The notes: generated from the letters alone by a model not told the origin. Positions 47,939 to 59,250 are shown, numbered from the stretch's first letter. The stretch: DNA of 64,000 nucleotides from Cyanobacteriota bacterium (GCA_033764955.1 JANRIL010000020.1:64001-128000), one strand, 5' to 3'. Program-made: numbers and translations.

Positions 47939-50233
47939 TCAGGATTGGGGGCTAGACTCCGGCAACAAACAGCCCATGGCATCGCAACCTGCTGGGCCTT
48001 CGGTAGCCAAAAAGCCCTGATCATAGCGCCGTAAAGCCGCCAAAAAGTCCTGGGTGCGACGACGTTGCCGCACCTCCGCCGATAGGCGATCATAGGTAGG
48101 CTGATCAATCTTTTCAAAGGGCAGACGGGGGAAGGGGGCATCAAAACGCGCTAACAGAGCCGCACTCATGTAGCCTTCGTCCTGATCAATAGCCTGGTAG
48201 ATGCGTTCTCCCAGGGCTTCAATCTCATCTTCCCGCAACTCGATAGTGGCACTAGTGTTATGGGTGGTGTAGTGCTGCTGCACCTGCATATAAAAGTCAA
48301 ACTGAGCCAATGCTGAAAACTTTTCGATCTCAATGTCAGAGGCTCCTGGGAGATTCGCCCACGGCACTTCCACTGGAATTTCTACCAGCCACTCACTGCA
48401 TCGTGGGTCAAAGGGATCGTTTAACAAGTTGCCGCCCTCATCCTTATCCGATTGGGAGGGCACAATCGAATAGCCAAAGTCTAGGCAGGCCAGCGCCACT
48501 GGATCGTTTTTGCCAAAGGTAATACGGCGAATATAACGCTGCGCTTTGGGAGGATGCCAGCCTGCCGATGCCCCAGTTAAGAGGGACTTCGTTCCAGCCG
48601 GTTGCACGGTTGTACACCGATTAGGCCGTGGCAGCCCGTGGCGATCGCAGTATTCCCAAACCACCTGATGCACGGTGTCCCGCCAGCGGGTGAGATAGGC
48701 TTGCTCCTCCTGCTTAAATTGCAAACCCGAAACGGTGAGGGGTCGGCCCGCCTCCCACCAGCGCAACCAGTCCACCCCAAACGCCTGCACAAAAAAGTCA
48801 AACAATCCCGTAAAAGAAACCCCAACAATCGGATCCCGTAGACGAGATTTTTGATAGCGCGGCTCCATAAATTGGTGATTCAAGAGAGCCGCAACGGAAA
48901 GCGCCCCCGCCGAAAATGCCTCTATTTGTTGTTGATCGTTATGGGGGTGAATTTGATTGAGATGCACTTCGGCCAGATTGCAATGGAAATTGCTGCCGAT
49001 GATTTCCCCGCAGGGATTTAGCCCATAGCGAGATAGCCGATCAGCGGCTTCCCCATCATCCATAGCGGGATCCAGGTTCTGTAACCACTCCTGTCCCTTT
49101 CCGGCAACATAAGCCTTTAGGAAATCAATCTTTTGAGTCTGGGTTGTGATTAAATCTCGGCTGGAACGGGCAATCGCCTCTCCTGCCCACTGAATCGCCC
49201 CTTCTCCAGAGAAATATTGCTTCCGCACGGCATCAATCGATTCCTGTCGCGTTGGTTTGCGGTGAAAAACACGGGTATGATTGGCCATCCGCAGGGCATC
49301 TCGTTCGGGGTCAATTCGCCAATTACCATCTTCCCCCTGCATCCAAAGCTGATCTTTGGCGGTAGCCGCCAGATGATCGTCGCTATCAAACTGGCGCATC
49401 CCAGCTGATCGACGAATATTACCAGCCACAATGCAGGAAGCCGCCTCATCGATGAGCAAGCAACACTCCACCGAGTTGAGTTGACGCCCTACGGCTCGGT
49501 TCAAAATCGTGGCACACCGCTCGTAGAGGGTCGGTAGTTTGATGGGATTGGCGACCCCACCAAAGCCTTTTAGGGGTTCTCCGGCAGGTCGAACATCGCT
49601 CAAATCCACTGTCAGAAGGATTTCACCCCCCAACTGCGGATCACTGGCTAATTCCATCAATACCTGATAGGAATCCACCCAGCCCCGCCGACTGTCCCCC
49701 ACGCGGATCCCGACGTTGTGCCCTTGTATTTCTACCCGCGTCAGAGGGGAGCGCTGGGTTGGCGGTGTCGAGCCAATGGCTCCCCCTAGCCTGATGACTA
49801 ATCGGTTAGTAATAGGGGGCAATTGCGAGATGTATTTGGGTTCCAGGATGGCTCCGGTGCCACATCCCATCATCGCCAAATCCATCATCAGGCCAAAAGC
49901 CCGCCAATCCACCACATTAGTGCTGGTGCAGTTATAGCCACCGGAAAAGTTCTCAGGTCTATGGATCCAATCGGTTCCCATCACCCAGAGGGCGCGTCCC
50001 GACATCAATGCCTTCAGTTGGCGCTGCATCCGATCCACTAACGCTCGCTCGTTGGGAGTAAACCTCCCCAACTGACTGATGTCTTGGATGGTACGGTCAC
50101 AGACTTGATCCCAGGTTTCTCTGCCTTGATCCGCTTGTCGACGGCTGTAGGTTCTAAAAAAAACAGGATTCGCCGCCGGAGCAGACGGGGGAAACCCACT
50201 AACCAGCTTGACTTTTTCGATATCACGCACCAT
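47939..50233 (-). CDS. nrdJ: Adenosylcobalamin-dependent (class II) ribonucleoside-triphosphate reductase
   Basis: VFFRTYSR, GYNC, GNIRRSA, NPCGE, TTVQPAGT, C-terminal GCDAMGC; no intein seen. Confidence 0.95.
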   Translation of the reverse strand: MVRDIEKVKLVSGFPPSAPAANPVFFRTYSRRQADQGRETWDQVCDRTIQDISQLGRFTPNERALVDRMQRQLKALMSGRALWVMGTDWIHRPENFSGGYNCTSTNVVDWRAFGLMMDLAMMGCGTGAILEPKYISQLPPITNRLVIRLGGAIGSTPPTQRSPLTRVEIQGHNVGIRVGDSRRGWVDSYQVLMELASDPQLGGEILLTVDLSDVRPAGEPLKGFGGVANPIKLPTLYERCATILNRAVGRQLNSVECCLLIDEAASCIVAGNIRRSAGMRQFDSDDHLAATAKDQLWMQGEDGNWRIDPERDALRMANHTRVFHRKPTRQESIDAVRKQYFSGEGAIQWAGEAIARSSRDLITTQTQKIDFLKAYVAGKGQEWLQNLDPAMDDGEAADRLSRYGLNPCGEIIGSNFHCNLAEVHLNQIHPHNDQQQIEAFSAGALSVAALLNHQFMEPRYQKSRLRDPIVGVSFTGLFDFFVQAFGVDWLRWWEAGRPLTVSGLQFKQEEQAYLTRWRDTVHQVVWEYCDRHGLPRPNRCTTVQPAGTKSLLTGASAGWHPPKAQRYIRRITFGKNDPVALACLDFGYSIVPSQSDKDEGGNLLNDPFDPRCSEWLVEIPVEVPWANLPGASDIEIEKFSALAQFDFYMQVQQHYTTHNTSATIELREDEIEALGERIYQAIDQDEGYMSAALLARFDAPFPRLPFEKIDQPTYDRLSAEVRQRRRTQDFLAALRRYDQGFLATEGPAGCDAMGCLLPESSPQS

Positions 50234-50625
50234 GACCGTCTTGCCCCAGAAACTTTACGAAAAGCCAGGCAGGGATCCCACCTTGGCTATCCATACTATA
50301 CGCTTTATATCTGGTGGCAAAGCTTGACAAAATCCTTACTGATCACTAGTGGTGGCGGTGATACCTATTGCCATGATCGCTCCCGTCATTGGGATCCCCC
50401 TAGGGCTGTTGATACAGCCTGGGCACAACCAGAGGCTAGCTGAATTGACAATCAAATACTACAAGATGTAGCATGACCTCGTAGTGTAACGGTCTCATTG
50501 AAAACATCTCAGCCAGTCGGAGAATGGGATCCCAGATTTTTTACGATTTGAGGATTTTATCTTCTAGACCTTTCAACCCAAAAGGGGGGGATCCCGGCCA
50601 ATCCTGATGACGAGGAATAAGCATC

Positions 50626-51807
50626 ATGACTTTCCAAGCTTTAGCGCTCAACACTTCCCATCCGGTTTTATCGTGGGCTGGCCATGATCTGGCCTCCGAT
50701 GAATATCAAATGGTCAAAAATGTTGCTTCTTTGCCGTTTATTTTTAAGCATGTGGCGCTGATGCCCGATGTGCATTTGGGCAAGGGAGCCTTGGTGGGAT
50801 CCGTGATTGCCACCCAGGAGGCGATCATACCGGCGGCGGTCGGGGTGGATATTGGCTGTGGCATGGGCGCGATCAAAACACCTTTTTTGGCGGAGCAATT
50901 GGCGGGAAAACTAAAAAAAATTCGTCTGGATATCGAGGCCACTATTCCCACTGGGTTTAACGACAACAAGACCCTTGAGAAATCGGTGCAAAATTGGCAG
51001 GGATGGCGGGATTTTCGTCACCTACATCCAGGGGTGCAGGATCTGGAATCAAAAGCAAAGCGGCAATTGGGATCCCTAGGGGGAGGCAACCACTTTTTAG
51101 AGGTTTGTCTGGATAGCGAGGATCAGGTGTGGCTGATGCTCCATTCGGGATCCCGTAACATTGGCAAATCCCTGGCAGAGCGGCACATCGACACTGCTCG
51201 ACATCTGGCGAAGCTGGCCCATCAGTCGCTGCCGGATCCCGATCTGGCCTATTTTGTAGCGGGCACTCGCGAATTTCAAGCCTACTGGCACGATTTGCAA
51301 TGGGCACAAAACTATGCCCGGAGCAATCGGCAAGTGATGATGGAACGGTTCAAGCAAATTCTGGAGAAACACCTAGCCGGTGGCAAACCCTTCCAACCGC
51401 TGCTGACGGTTAACTGTCACCACAACTATGCCGAAAAGGAAGTCCATTTTGGGGAATCGGTCTACGTCACCCGCAAGGGAGCTGTGCGCGCCCAAACCGA
51501 TGACTATGGGATCATTCCTGGCTCGATGGGATCCCGTTCCTACATCGTCAAGGGCAAAGGTCATCCCGACAGCTATTGCTCATGCAGTCATGGAGCAGGA
51601 CGGGCGATGTCGCGCAACAAAGCCAAAACTGTCTTCAGTCTGGAGGATTTGATTGAGCAAACCACAGGTGTTGAGTGCCGCAAAGATACCGGAGTATTGG
51701 ATGAGATCCCTGCCGCCTACAAACCGATTGAGCAGGTGATGGCACAGCAGGCGGATCTAGTCGAGGTGGTGGCGACCCTCAAACAGGTGATCTGTGTGAA
51801 AGGCTAA
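50626..51807 (+). CDS. rtcB: RtcB family RNA ligase
   Basis: MPDVHLG, VGVDIGCG, GGGNHF, HSGSR, HHNY, PGSMG, SHGAGR, DEIP.AYK. Confidence 0.93.
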   Translation: MTFQALALNTSHPVLSWAGHDLASDEYQMVKNVASLPFIFKHVALMPDVHLGKGALVGSVIATQEAIIPAAVGVDIGCGMGAIKTPFLAEQLAGKLKKIRLDIEATIPTGFNDNKTLEKSVQNWQGWRDFRHLHPGVQDLESKAKRQLGSLGGGNHFLEVCLDSEDQVWLMLHSGSRNIGKSLAERHIDTARHLAKLAHQSLPDPDLAYFVAGTREFQAYWHDLQWAQNYARSNRQVMMERFKQILEKHLAGGKPFQPLLTVNCHHNYAEKEVHFGESVYVTRKGAVRAQTDDYGIIPGSMGSRSYIVKGKGHPDSYCSCSHGAGRAMSRNKAKTVFSLEDLIEQTTGVECRKDTGVLDEIPAAYKPIEQVMAQQADLVEVVATLKQVICVKG

Positions 51808-51960
51808 AAGCAGCCAAGGGATCCTTTTAGCGTCAAGATAGTGGGGATCCCTATTCGGTATGGATCCCCGAACAAGTTTTGCTGGGGGCGGCTTCAGGAT
51901 GTCCCCACCTCGGTCTATGCTAGTGGGGTAGCCTTACCGAAGAGCCGGAGGACGAGGATC

Positions 51961-53247
51961 ATGCGAGAGGTACTGGCGATCATCTTGGGCGGAGGACGCG
52001 GCACTCGTCTCTATCCCCTCACCAAAAAACGGGCGAAGCCCGCTGTGCCCGTAGCAGGCAAGTATCGGCTGATCGATATTCCCGTCAGCAACTGCATCAA
52101 CTCTGATATTGATAAGATCTACGTTCTCACCCAGTTTAATTCCGCCTCCCTCAATCGCCACATCACCAATACTTATCGCTTTTCTCCCTTTGGCGGGGGG
52201 TTTGTGGATGTGTTGGCTGCGCAACAAACTCCCGAAAATCCAGAATGGTTTCAAGGAACAGCCGATGCGGTGCGGCAATACCTCTGGTTGATGGAGTCTT
52301 GGAAAGCCAAGGAATATTTGATTCTGTCCGGCGATCACCTCTATCGCATGGACTATCGCCCCTTTATTGAGCGTCATCGGCAAAGCCAAGCTGATGTGAC
52401 ATTATCGGTGGTGCCCTGTGGAGAAGCCGATGCCTCCAGCTTTGGTCTGATCAAAATTGATGAAACAGGTCGGGTCGTTGATTTCAAGGAAAAACCCAAA
52501 GGTGCCCTCCTGCAAAGTATGCGAGTAGACACCCAATCTTTGGGGTTGAGTGCCGAAGAAGCCCTGCAAAAACCCTATATTGCCTCGATGGGCATCTACG
52601 TTTTTAACCATGATGCCCTCATCTCGATGCTCAACAATCGTGAGCATACCGATTTTGGCAAAGAGGTGATCCCAGCCTCCATTCAAACCATGAAAATTCA
52701 GGCATACCTGTTTAATGGCTATTGGGAAGATATTGGAACCATTGAAGCCTTTTATCGGGCCAATTTAGCGTTGGTACAACAGCCCAATCCGTCCTTCAGT
52801 TTTTACGACGCTCAAACTCCTATTTATACCCGTCCTCGCTTTTTGCCCCCCAACAAAATTCTTGACTCCCACATTCAAGAATCTATTATTGCTGATGGTT
52901 GTATCATCAAAAATGCTGAGATTCGTCATTCTATCATTGGCATTCGTGGTCGCCTAGAAGCCAATACAGTGGTTGAACACACGATGGTGATGGGGGCTGA
53001 CTATTATGAATCAAGTGAGGAGCGGGAAGCCAAGCTAGCCAACGGGATCCCTCCGTTGGGAATCGGCGCGAACTCCCATATTCGCAATGCCATTGTGGAT
53101 AAAAATGCCCGCATTGGTCGGAATGTTAAAATCCTCAACAAAGATCATGTCCAGGAGGCCGAATGTGAGGAAAAAGGCTACTGGATTAGCAACGGGATTG
53201 TGATTGTGATTAAAGATGCTGTGATTCCCGATAACACGATTATTTAG
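51961..53247 (+). CDS. glgC: Glucose-1-phosphate adenylyltransferase
   Basis: [40 protein letters not shown]. Confidence 0.97.
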   Translation: MREVLAIILGGGRGTRLYPLTKKRAKPAVPVAGKYRLIDIPVSNCINSDIDKIYVLTQFNSASLNRHITNTYRFSPFGGGFVDVLAAQQTPENPEWFQGTADAVRQYLWLMESWKAKEYLILSGDHLYRMDYRPFIERHRQSQADVTLSVVPCGEADASSFGLIKIDETGRVVDFKEKPKGALLQSMRVDTQSLGLSAEEALQKPYIASMGIYVFNHDALISMLNNREHTDFGKEVIPASIQTMKIQAYLFNGYWEDIGTIEAFYRANLALVQQPNPSFSFYDAQTPIYTRPRFLPPNKILDSHIQESIIADGCIIKNAEIRHSIIGIRGRLEANTVVEHTMVMGADYYESSEEREAKLANGIPPLGIGANSHIRNAIVDKNARIGRNVKILNKDHVQEAECEEKGYWISNGIVIVIKDAVIPDNTII

Positions 53248-53340
53248 GAGATCTGGCAAGTGGGTATTGCTGGATATTGAGTCGATATCCAGTCGGGTTG
53301 AAGATAGTAGTTGGGGGTGCTAGCGCTAGGTTGAGTTGGC

Positions 53341-54135
53341 ATGTTTTTACTCTTTTCTAAAATCTTGCCTCCCCTAGTTTATCCCTTGGGGTTAGCGTGT
53401 TTGCTGATCACCGCTGCTTTGGCCTGTTTGTTACGTCCTCAGGGATCCCGACTTTGGGCAATTCGCTTTTTGGTAGCGGCACTGCTGATTCTTTATTTGA
53501 GTAGTAATGGCTGGGTTAGTCGGGCGCTAGTTCGCTCCTTGGAATGGCGCTACCTGCCTCTCCACGACATTCCCACAGCGGATGCGATTGTGGTGTTAGG
53601 GGGAGGCACCCGACCACAAATTCCCCCTCGTCCCTATCTCGATGTCACGGATGCAGGGGATCGCATCCTCTACGGGGCTTATCTGTGGCAGCAGGGCAAA
53701 GCCCCTTGGCTAATTATGAGTGGGGGGCGTCTGGAATGGCTGGGGGAAGGGGGATCCCCAGAATCGGTAGATATGGCACGATTGGCTGAAGCGATGGGGG
53801 TAGCAACCTCGGCAATCCTTCAGGATCCCGCCTCCCTCAATACCTATCAAAATGCCGTCAACGTCAAAACCCTGTTGCAAACCCATGATCTGCATCGGAT
53901 CATCTTGGTGACTTCTGCCCTGCACATGCCCCGCTCCCTCGGCATTTTTAGCAAGCTGGGGATCCCGACCATTCCCGCCCCCACCGACTACCTGACCAGT
54001 CAACGCCAGAATCGCAAAGGGATCCCAGGGGTTCTGGTGGATCTGCTGCCTTCCGCCGAAGCGTTGCAAGCAACCAACCGCGCCCTCAAAGAGTATGTGG
54101 GCTGGTTAGTCTATCGCCTGAAAGGATGGTTGTAG
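53341..54135 (+). CDS. YdcF/DUF218 family protein
   Basis: AIVVLGGG, SGG, SLNTYQNA, LVTSALHMPRS, KEY. Confidence 0.88.
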   Translation: MFLLFSKILPPLVYPLGLACLLITAALACLLRPQGSRLWAIRFLVAALLILYLSSNGWVSRALVRSLEWRYLPLHDIPTADAIVVLGGGTRPQIPPRPYLDVTDAGDRILYGAYLWQQGKAPWLIMSGGRLEWLGEGGSPESVDMARLAEAMGVATSAILQDPASLNTYQNAVNVKTLLQTHDLHRIILVTSALHMPRSLGIFSKLGIPTIPAPTDYLTSQRQNRKGIPGVLVDLLPSAEALQATNRALKEYVGWLVYRLKGWL

Positions 54136-54375
54136 GTAAACCCCGCCCACTTTAAGACAGATGCAACCCATCAATTCAGGCAACGATTGAGATAAGTGAG
54201 ATCAATGCTGTTTTGGGAACATCTCCGCCCATCCCTTTCCTAACATCACCGTAACCAGAGGGGACAGATCCACTGATAATAAGGAAACGGCGAGGGGTTT
54301 GTCGGCGCTAGTTCTGAGGGATCCCAGCCATCGATGGAATCAACCCTTTGACTAGCATTGAACCCTGGTTGCCTA

Positions 54376-55161
54376 ATGGCTATTGTGTTAGCGTTCACCA
54401 ACAATAAGGGCGGAACGGGCAAATCAACCCTCTGCGCCAACTGTGCCCATATCACCGCTCAACAGGGACAACGGGTTTTGTTGGTGGATCTTACCTCTCA
54501 GCGCACCGCCAGCACCCTGCTCCTAGGGGAGATTGAAGATTTAACCGAAGCCGAAACCGTGCTGGCTCTTTTGCAGGATCCCCCACTTCGCCCCATTCTG
54601 GAGTTACTCTATGAAAGCAGCAAAGGACTGGATGTGTTGCCCTCGCACGTAGGCATGGCTCAGGCGGTTTCACGGCTCGCGGTCATGACCCAAGACTCCT
54701 CCACTCTGCTCACGGATCAATTGCGTTCCATTCAAGAAGAATATGACTATATTTTTATCGATAGCCCCGGTGACCTGAACGAATTGACCCGCAATGCCTT
54801 GACCGCTGCTCAGCGGGTGATCATCCCCTCCCGTCTCAATCGCACCGACTTTTCTTGTACCGAGGTGACATTGCGATTTTTAGCCTCGACGGTCATGCCG
54901 CCACCAACAGCACGGGTGGTTCTCAATATGTTGGATGATCGCTATTTGCCAGGGGGAATCTGGGCGACAGCTCACACCGGACAACTTTATCAGCAGGCAC
55001 GCCATCTGTTTGCGGATGTTTTGTCGCCCATCACGATCCCGGATAGCGGAGATCTGCGTACTGCCTTTGATCGGGGGTTGACCGTGCTGGAGTACAAACC
55101 GGATACTGTGGTGGCGCAACGTTTGCAGGAATTTGTTCATCAAGAGGTGCTTTGTGACTGA
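54376..55161 (+). CDS. ParA family ATPase (orphan)
   Basis: Deviant Walker A NKGGTGKST, VLLVD, YIFIDSP. Confidence 0.9.
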   Translation: MAIVLAFTNNKGGTGKSTLCANCAHITAQQGQRVLLVDLTSQRTASTLLLGEIEDLTEAETVLALLQDPPLRPILELLYESSKGLDVLPSHVGMAQAVSRLAVMTQDSSTLLTDQLRSIQEEYDYIFIDSPGDLNELTRNALTAAQRVIIPSRLNRTDFSCTEVTLRFLASTVMPPPTARVVLNMLDDRYLPGGIWATAHTGQLYQQARHLFADVLSPITIPDSGDLRTAFDRGLTVLEYKPDTVVAQRLQEFVHQEVLCD

Positions 55162-55684
55162 TCATCGGAGTCTTTTTTCTGCCTCAGGATCTCCCCCTGC
55201 CCGTTCCTCCCGCAAGCGTAAACCTGTGGCCTCCCAGTCAGATTCAACCGATGCTTCCCCCGCTCCAGCCGACCTCCCACCCCCTCAGCAGTCGGATCCG
55301 CCTGGGTTGGAGGAGTCGGGATCCCTGGAGATCGCCCAACTGCAAGGGGAACTGCAAGCGCTGCAAGTCCGACATCAGCAGGATCAACAGCACATCGAGA
55401 CCCTTCAGCACCAACTCAGCAGCAGTGAACAGGCTCGTGCAGATTTACAAAACCAGCTCCAACAAACGGTGGCTCACCGCGATGAACTGGAAAAAGCTCT
55501 CAAAACAATGCAGGCGCTCGCAGAAACCCGCGCCCAAGAGCTACAACGCCTGCACACTCAACCCACTGAACAACCCCCACCAACCGCTCACCAGCCCAAA
55601 CGACAGCCCAAACCCCTTGGCATTCATCGTCCGATTGGCCCGCAGCCAGGGGGAGGCGATATGCCTGCCTTTCTGCTGGACTAA
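55154..55684 (+). CDS. Hypothetical Q-rich coiled-coil protein, overlapping the end of ParA
   Basis: GTG overlaps the ParA stop; basic disordered N-terminus, coiled coil, Pro-rich linker, C-terminal DMPAFLLD. Confidence 0.75.
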   Translation: MTDHRSLFSASGSPPARSSRKRKPVASQSDSTDASPAPADLPPPQQSDPPGLEESGSLEIAQLQGELQALQVRHQQDQQHIETLQHQLSSSEQARADLQNQLQQTVAHRDELEKALKTMQALAETRAQELQRLHTQPTEQPPPTAHQPKRQPKPLGIHRPIGPQPGGGDMPAFLLD

Positions 55685-55898
55685 ATCCGCTCCCAATCTC
55701 CTGAAAAATGCTGGGGAGAAGGGTCGCCAATTTACACCTCCTCCTCTGTGGAAACCTGCTTTTCCTGATGGAGTGGTGGCACCCCCATAAAAATCCTGTA
55801 GCAAACCCTACCCAGAGGGGAAGGATCAACGCTAAAGTTGCGGTGAGGATCCCTAAAGGTTATCCCTTCGCGGGGATAAATGAGGCCAAACAGCCAGA

Positions 55899-56336
55899 GT
55901 GTCTCTCGTCGTCACGCCCATGTATACTCCGTCTCCCCAACCTGTTCTCAACCATGTTCTGATTGTGAAAGACCGTAGCGGCCCCAGAGCCTATTGGTTG
56001 ACGGCTGAACTTTATTCATTGGGGCGAGACGCCAGCAATAGCATTCGGATTGACTCCCAATATGCCTCACGGCATCACGCTATTTTGGTCAAGATGGAGT
56101 CTCCCCTCACTCCTGACGGCTTTGTTTATCACATTATTGATGGAGATGTGGAAGGCAACCCCAGCACTAACGGTCTCTATGTGAGTGGTCAACAAACCGA
56201 GTTTCGAGATTTAGAAGACGGGGATGAGATCCAGTTTGGTTCGGATGCGGTGGCGACCTACTCCCTACAAGCCAGGGATCTCAACTCGATTTTAGAAACC
56301 TTTGAGCATACCCAGATTGTGGTTCCCGGCTCTTAG
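55899..56336 (+). CDS. FHA domain protein
   Basis: LGR, ASRHHA, STNG. Confidence 0.85.
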   Translation: MSLVVTPMYTPSPQPVLNHVLIVKDRSGPRAYWLTAELYSLGRDASNSIRIDSQYASRHHAILVKMESPLTPDGFVYHIIDGDVEGNPSTNGLYVSGQQTEFRDLEDGDEIQFGSDAVATYSLQARDLNSILETFEHTQIVVPGS

Positions 56337-56418
56337 GCTATCCATCCGCATGATACGATCATGACCTTATGCCACGATGTGTCTTCCCTGATGAGGTCTG
56401 CTGAATCGATAGCTACTC

Positions 56419-57777
56419 ATGCAAGCCATTACCAAAATCTTGATTGCCAACCGTGGGGAGATTGCCCTGCGCGTGATTCGCACCTGCCAGGAACTTGGGA
56501 TCCCGACGGTGGCCGTCTATTCTAAGGCGGATCAAAGTGCCCTACATGTGCAGTTGGCGGATGAGGCGGTTTGTGTGGGGGAAGCTCCCAGCGCCCGCAG
56601 TTACTTAAACATTCCCAATATCATTTCGGCAGCCCTCACCCGTGGAGCCAATGCCATTCATCCAGGCTATGGTTTTTTGGCCGAAAATGCCAAATTTGCG
56701 GAGATGTGTGCGGATCACAACCTGATTTTTATCGGTCCTGCTCCCGATGCCATGCGAAAAATGGCGGATAAGGCAACAGCCAGAGAAACGGTGCAGTCGG
56801 TGGGAGTGCCCACAGTGCCAGGAACCAAAGGCTTAATTGAAACCGACGAGGACGCCACCAAAGCGGCGGAACGGATTGGCTATCCGGTGATTATCAAAGC
56901 CACCGCCGGTGGTGGTGGGCGGGGAATGCGCGTGGTTCACAACAGCAACGACTTGGTGAAGATGATCCGTGCCGCCCGTGGCGAGGCCGATGCCTCCTTT
57001 GGCAACAGTGGCATTTACCTGGAAAAATTTATTGAGAAACCCCGCCATATCGAGTTCCAAATTTTGGGCGATACCTTCGGGAATGTTGTGCATCTCTACG
57101 AGCGGGATTGTTCGATTCAACGTCGTCATCAAAAGCTGTTAGAGGAAGCCCCTAGTCCGGCTCTCAATCCGGCTCTCCGCACCAAGATGGGATCCGCTGC
57201 TGTCAAAGCCGCCAAAGCAATCAACTATACGGGGGCAGGAACCATCGAGTTTCTCCTCGACAAGCACGGGCAGTTTTATTTTATCGAGATGAATACCCGC
57301 ATTCAGGTGGAACATCCGGTGACGGAGATGGTGACCGGACTCGATCTGATCGCCGAACAGATTCGCATCGCCCAAGGGCAGCGACTTTCTTTTAGCCAAA
57401 AGGATGTGCAACTGCAAGGTCATGCCATCGAATGCCGCATCAACGCCGAAGACCCTAAGCATCAATTTCGACCTCATCCAGGACGGATTAGCGCCTATCT
57501 CCCTCCGGGGGGGCCTGGAGTGCGGATTGACTCGCATGTTTACACCGATTATTCCATTCCTCCCTACTACGATTCGCTGATCGGCAAGCTAATCGTCTGG
57601 GGGCCAAATCGAGCCGCCGCCATTCGTCGAATGCAACGGGCTTTAGGAGAATGTGCCATCACCGGCATCCCCACCACGATCCCTTTTCATCAAAAAATTC
57701 TGCGACACGAAGCCTTTTTGAAAGGGGATGTTTATACCGACTTTATTCAACAGCACATGCTCAAAGAGGAGGACTGA
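56419..57777 (+). CDS. accC: Acetyl-CoA carboxylase biotin carboxylase
   Basis: ANRGEIA, HPGYGFLAE, GGGGRGM, RDCSIQRRHQK, EMNTRIQVEH. Confidence 0.96.
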   Translation: MQAITKILIANRGEIALRVIRTCQELGIPTVAVYSKADQSALHVQLADEAVCVGEAPSARSYLNIPNIISAALTRGANAIHPGYGFLAENAKFAEMCADHNLIFIGPAPDAMRKMADKATARETVQSVGVPTVPGTKGLIETDEDATKAAERIGYPVIIKATAGGGGRGMRVVHNSNDLVKMIRAARGEADASFGNSGIYLEKFIEKPRHIEFQILGDTFGNVVHLYERDCSIQRRHQKLLEEAPSPALNPALRTKMGSAAVKAAKAINYTGAGTIEFLLDKHGQFYFIEMNTRIQVEHPVTEMVTGLDLIAEQIRIAQGQRLSFSQKDVQLQGHAIECRINAEDPKHQFRPHPGRISAYLPPGGPGVRIDSHVYTDYSIPPYYDSLIGKLIVWGPNRAAAIRRMQRALGECAITGIPTTIPFHQKILRHEAFLKGDVYTDFIQQHMLKEED

Positions 57778-57837
57778 GGGACTGCGATGCACTACTAGGA
57801 AGGGATCCCGTGCATTGTCCCTATCTTTGACGAGTGT

Positions 57838-59148
57838 TTAGGGAATGGGTGGATGAGCAAGGGCAAGATAAACCCTGACGGTCGTGCCATCCACTTCGGA
57901 GGAGCGAATCGACAGTTCTCCGCCGTGAGCTTCCACAATTTGTTTGACAATCGGCAGCCCCAGTCCGGTTCCGGCAGGCTTGGTGGTGTAAAACAAGTCC
58001 GTCACGCGGGAGAGGAGGTGGGCGGGGATAACCGAGCCACGATTGTGAATTTCGATGCAGGCTTGCTGGCGTTGGGAATCTTTGAGCAGGGAACAGCGAA
58101 TGGGATCCCCTTTGGCTACGGCCTCACAGGCGTTGCGGAGCAGGTTAATCACCACCTGTTTGAGACGATCCGCATCTGCTTTCACCCAGACCTTATCAGC
58201 CCAGGGCATATAGTTGATTGTGTATTGATTCATGTCAAACGACAAACGAAAAATGGTGATCTGTTCCTCAATAAACGTATTTAATTCTAGTAAAGAGGGG
58301 CGCAAGACCTGTAGCCGAGAATAGGTCAAAATATCATTTAATAATCGCTCCAGTCGTTCCTGTTCCGCCTGGGCTAAAGACAGGCGTTCCTGGGCAGGTT
58401 GAGGAATCGGTAGCCGTTGAAAATAGTTGAGGGTCAGGCTAATCGTGGAAAGAGGGTTACGAATTTCATGGACAATCATGGTGGCAAACTGACCAATCGC
58501 AGCTAAGCGTTCCTGTTCCATATTTTTTTCCTGAGCCATTTGTAATTCAGCCGATCGAACCAGAACTTCTGCTTCTAGTGCTTCGTTAAACTCCCTCTGT
58601 TGTTGATAAAGATGATAGTTATCAATAGCAGTAGCCGCTCGTTCGGCAAATAATTCGGCAATGCCTACTTCTTCGGGGCTAAATTCTCGCTCTTGGCGAT
58701 GAAAGGAGCAAATAGTTCCTATAATCTCCGAATAAGATGTGCGTAAAGGGATCCCCAAATAGGCACAGTAGCCCTCTGGAGGTTCTCCATATTCGGGGTG
58801 ATCTAGCGCATTTCTAACAACTAAAGTCTCTCCAGTTTCAAAGACCGTATTGGTTAGCGATCCATGCACATCAAAGGCGCAATCAAGATCTTCCCCCTCT
58901 AAGTTGCTGGCCAAAACCCGCTCTAGACCATCTTTGACAAAGGTGACTACCGACCAATCTACCTCCAACAACTGGCTGACTCCAGAGGCGACTGCGGCCA
59001 AATATTCGCTCAGATTTCCGGCTCGGTAACTGAGGGAACCAAGCGCCTCTAAGGTGCGTCGTTCTCGTTGCCAGCGCCGCAATCGAAAAAAGGGAAACCA
59101 CCGACTAATCCAAGCTGAAAAGGTGATCATTTTTGATTTGGCAGCCAT
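57838..59148 (-). CDS. GAF-domain sensor histidine kinase
   Basis: YLGIPL GAF, HEIRNPL, NLLRNA, GTGLGL. Confidence 0.92.
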   Translation of the reverse strand: MAAKSKMITFSAWISRWFPFFRLRRWQRERRTLEALGSLSYRAGNLSEYLAAVASGVSQLLEVDWSVVTFVKDGLERVLASNLEGEDLDCAFDVHGSLTNTVFETGETLVVRNALDHPEYGEPPEGYCAYLGIPLRTSYSEIIGTICSFHRQEREFSPEEVGIAELFAERAATAIDNYHLYQQQREFNEALEAEVLVRSAELQMAQEKNMEQERLAAIGQFATMIVHEIRNPLSTISLTLNYFQRLPIPQPAQERLSLAQAEQERLERLLNDILTYSRLQVLRPSLLELNTFIEEQITIFRLSFDMNQYTINYMPWADKVWVKADADRLKQVVINLLRNACEAVAKGDPIRCSLLKDSQRQQACIEIHNRGSVIPAHLLSRVTDLFYTTKPAGTGLGLPIVKQIVEAHGGELSIRSSEVDGTTVRVYLALAHPPIP

Positions 59149-59250
59149 TGAGGTTTTGTTTTATTGAAGATAGGAGTCTAAGATAGAAATTAGCTAAAGT
59201 CAGTGTACGCAAAACTTGCTAGCAAATGTTTCCAATTAAAAGCCACGATC

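Noticed and set aside
50234..50625. Cobalamin riboswitch upstream of B12-dependent nrdJ
   Set aside because: No B12-box or other conserved cobalamin riboswitch motif found by eye.
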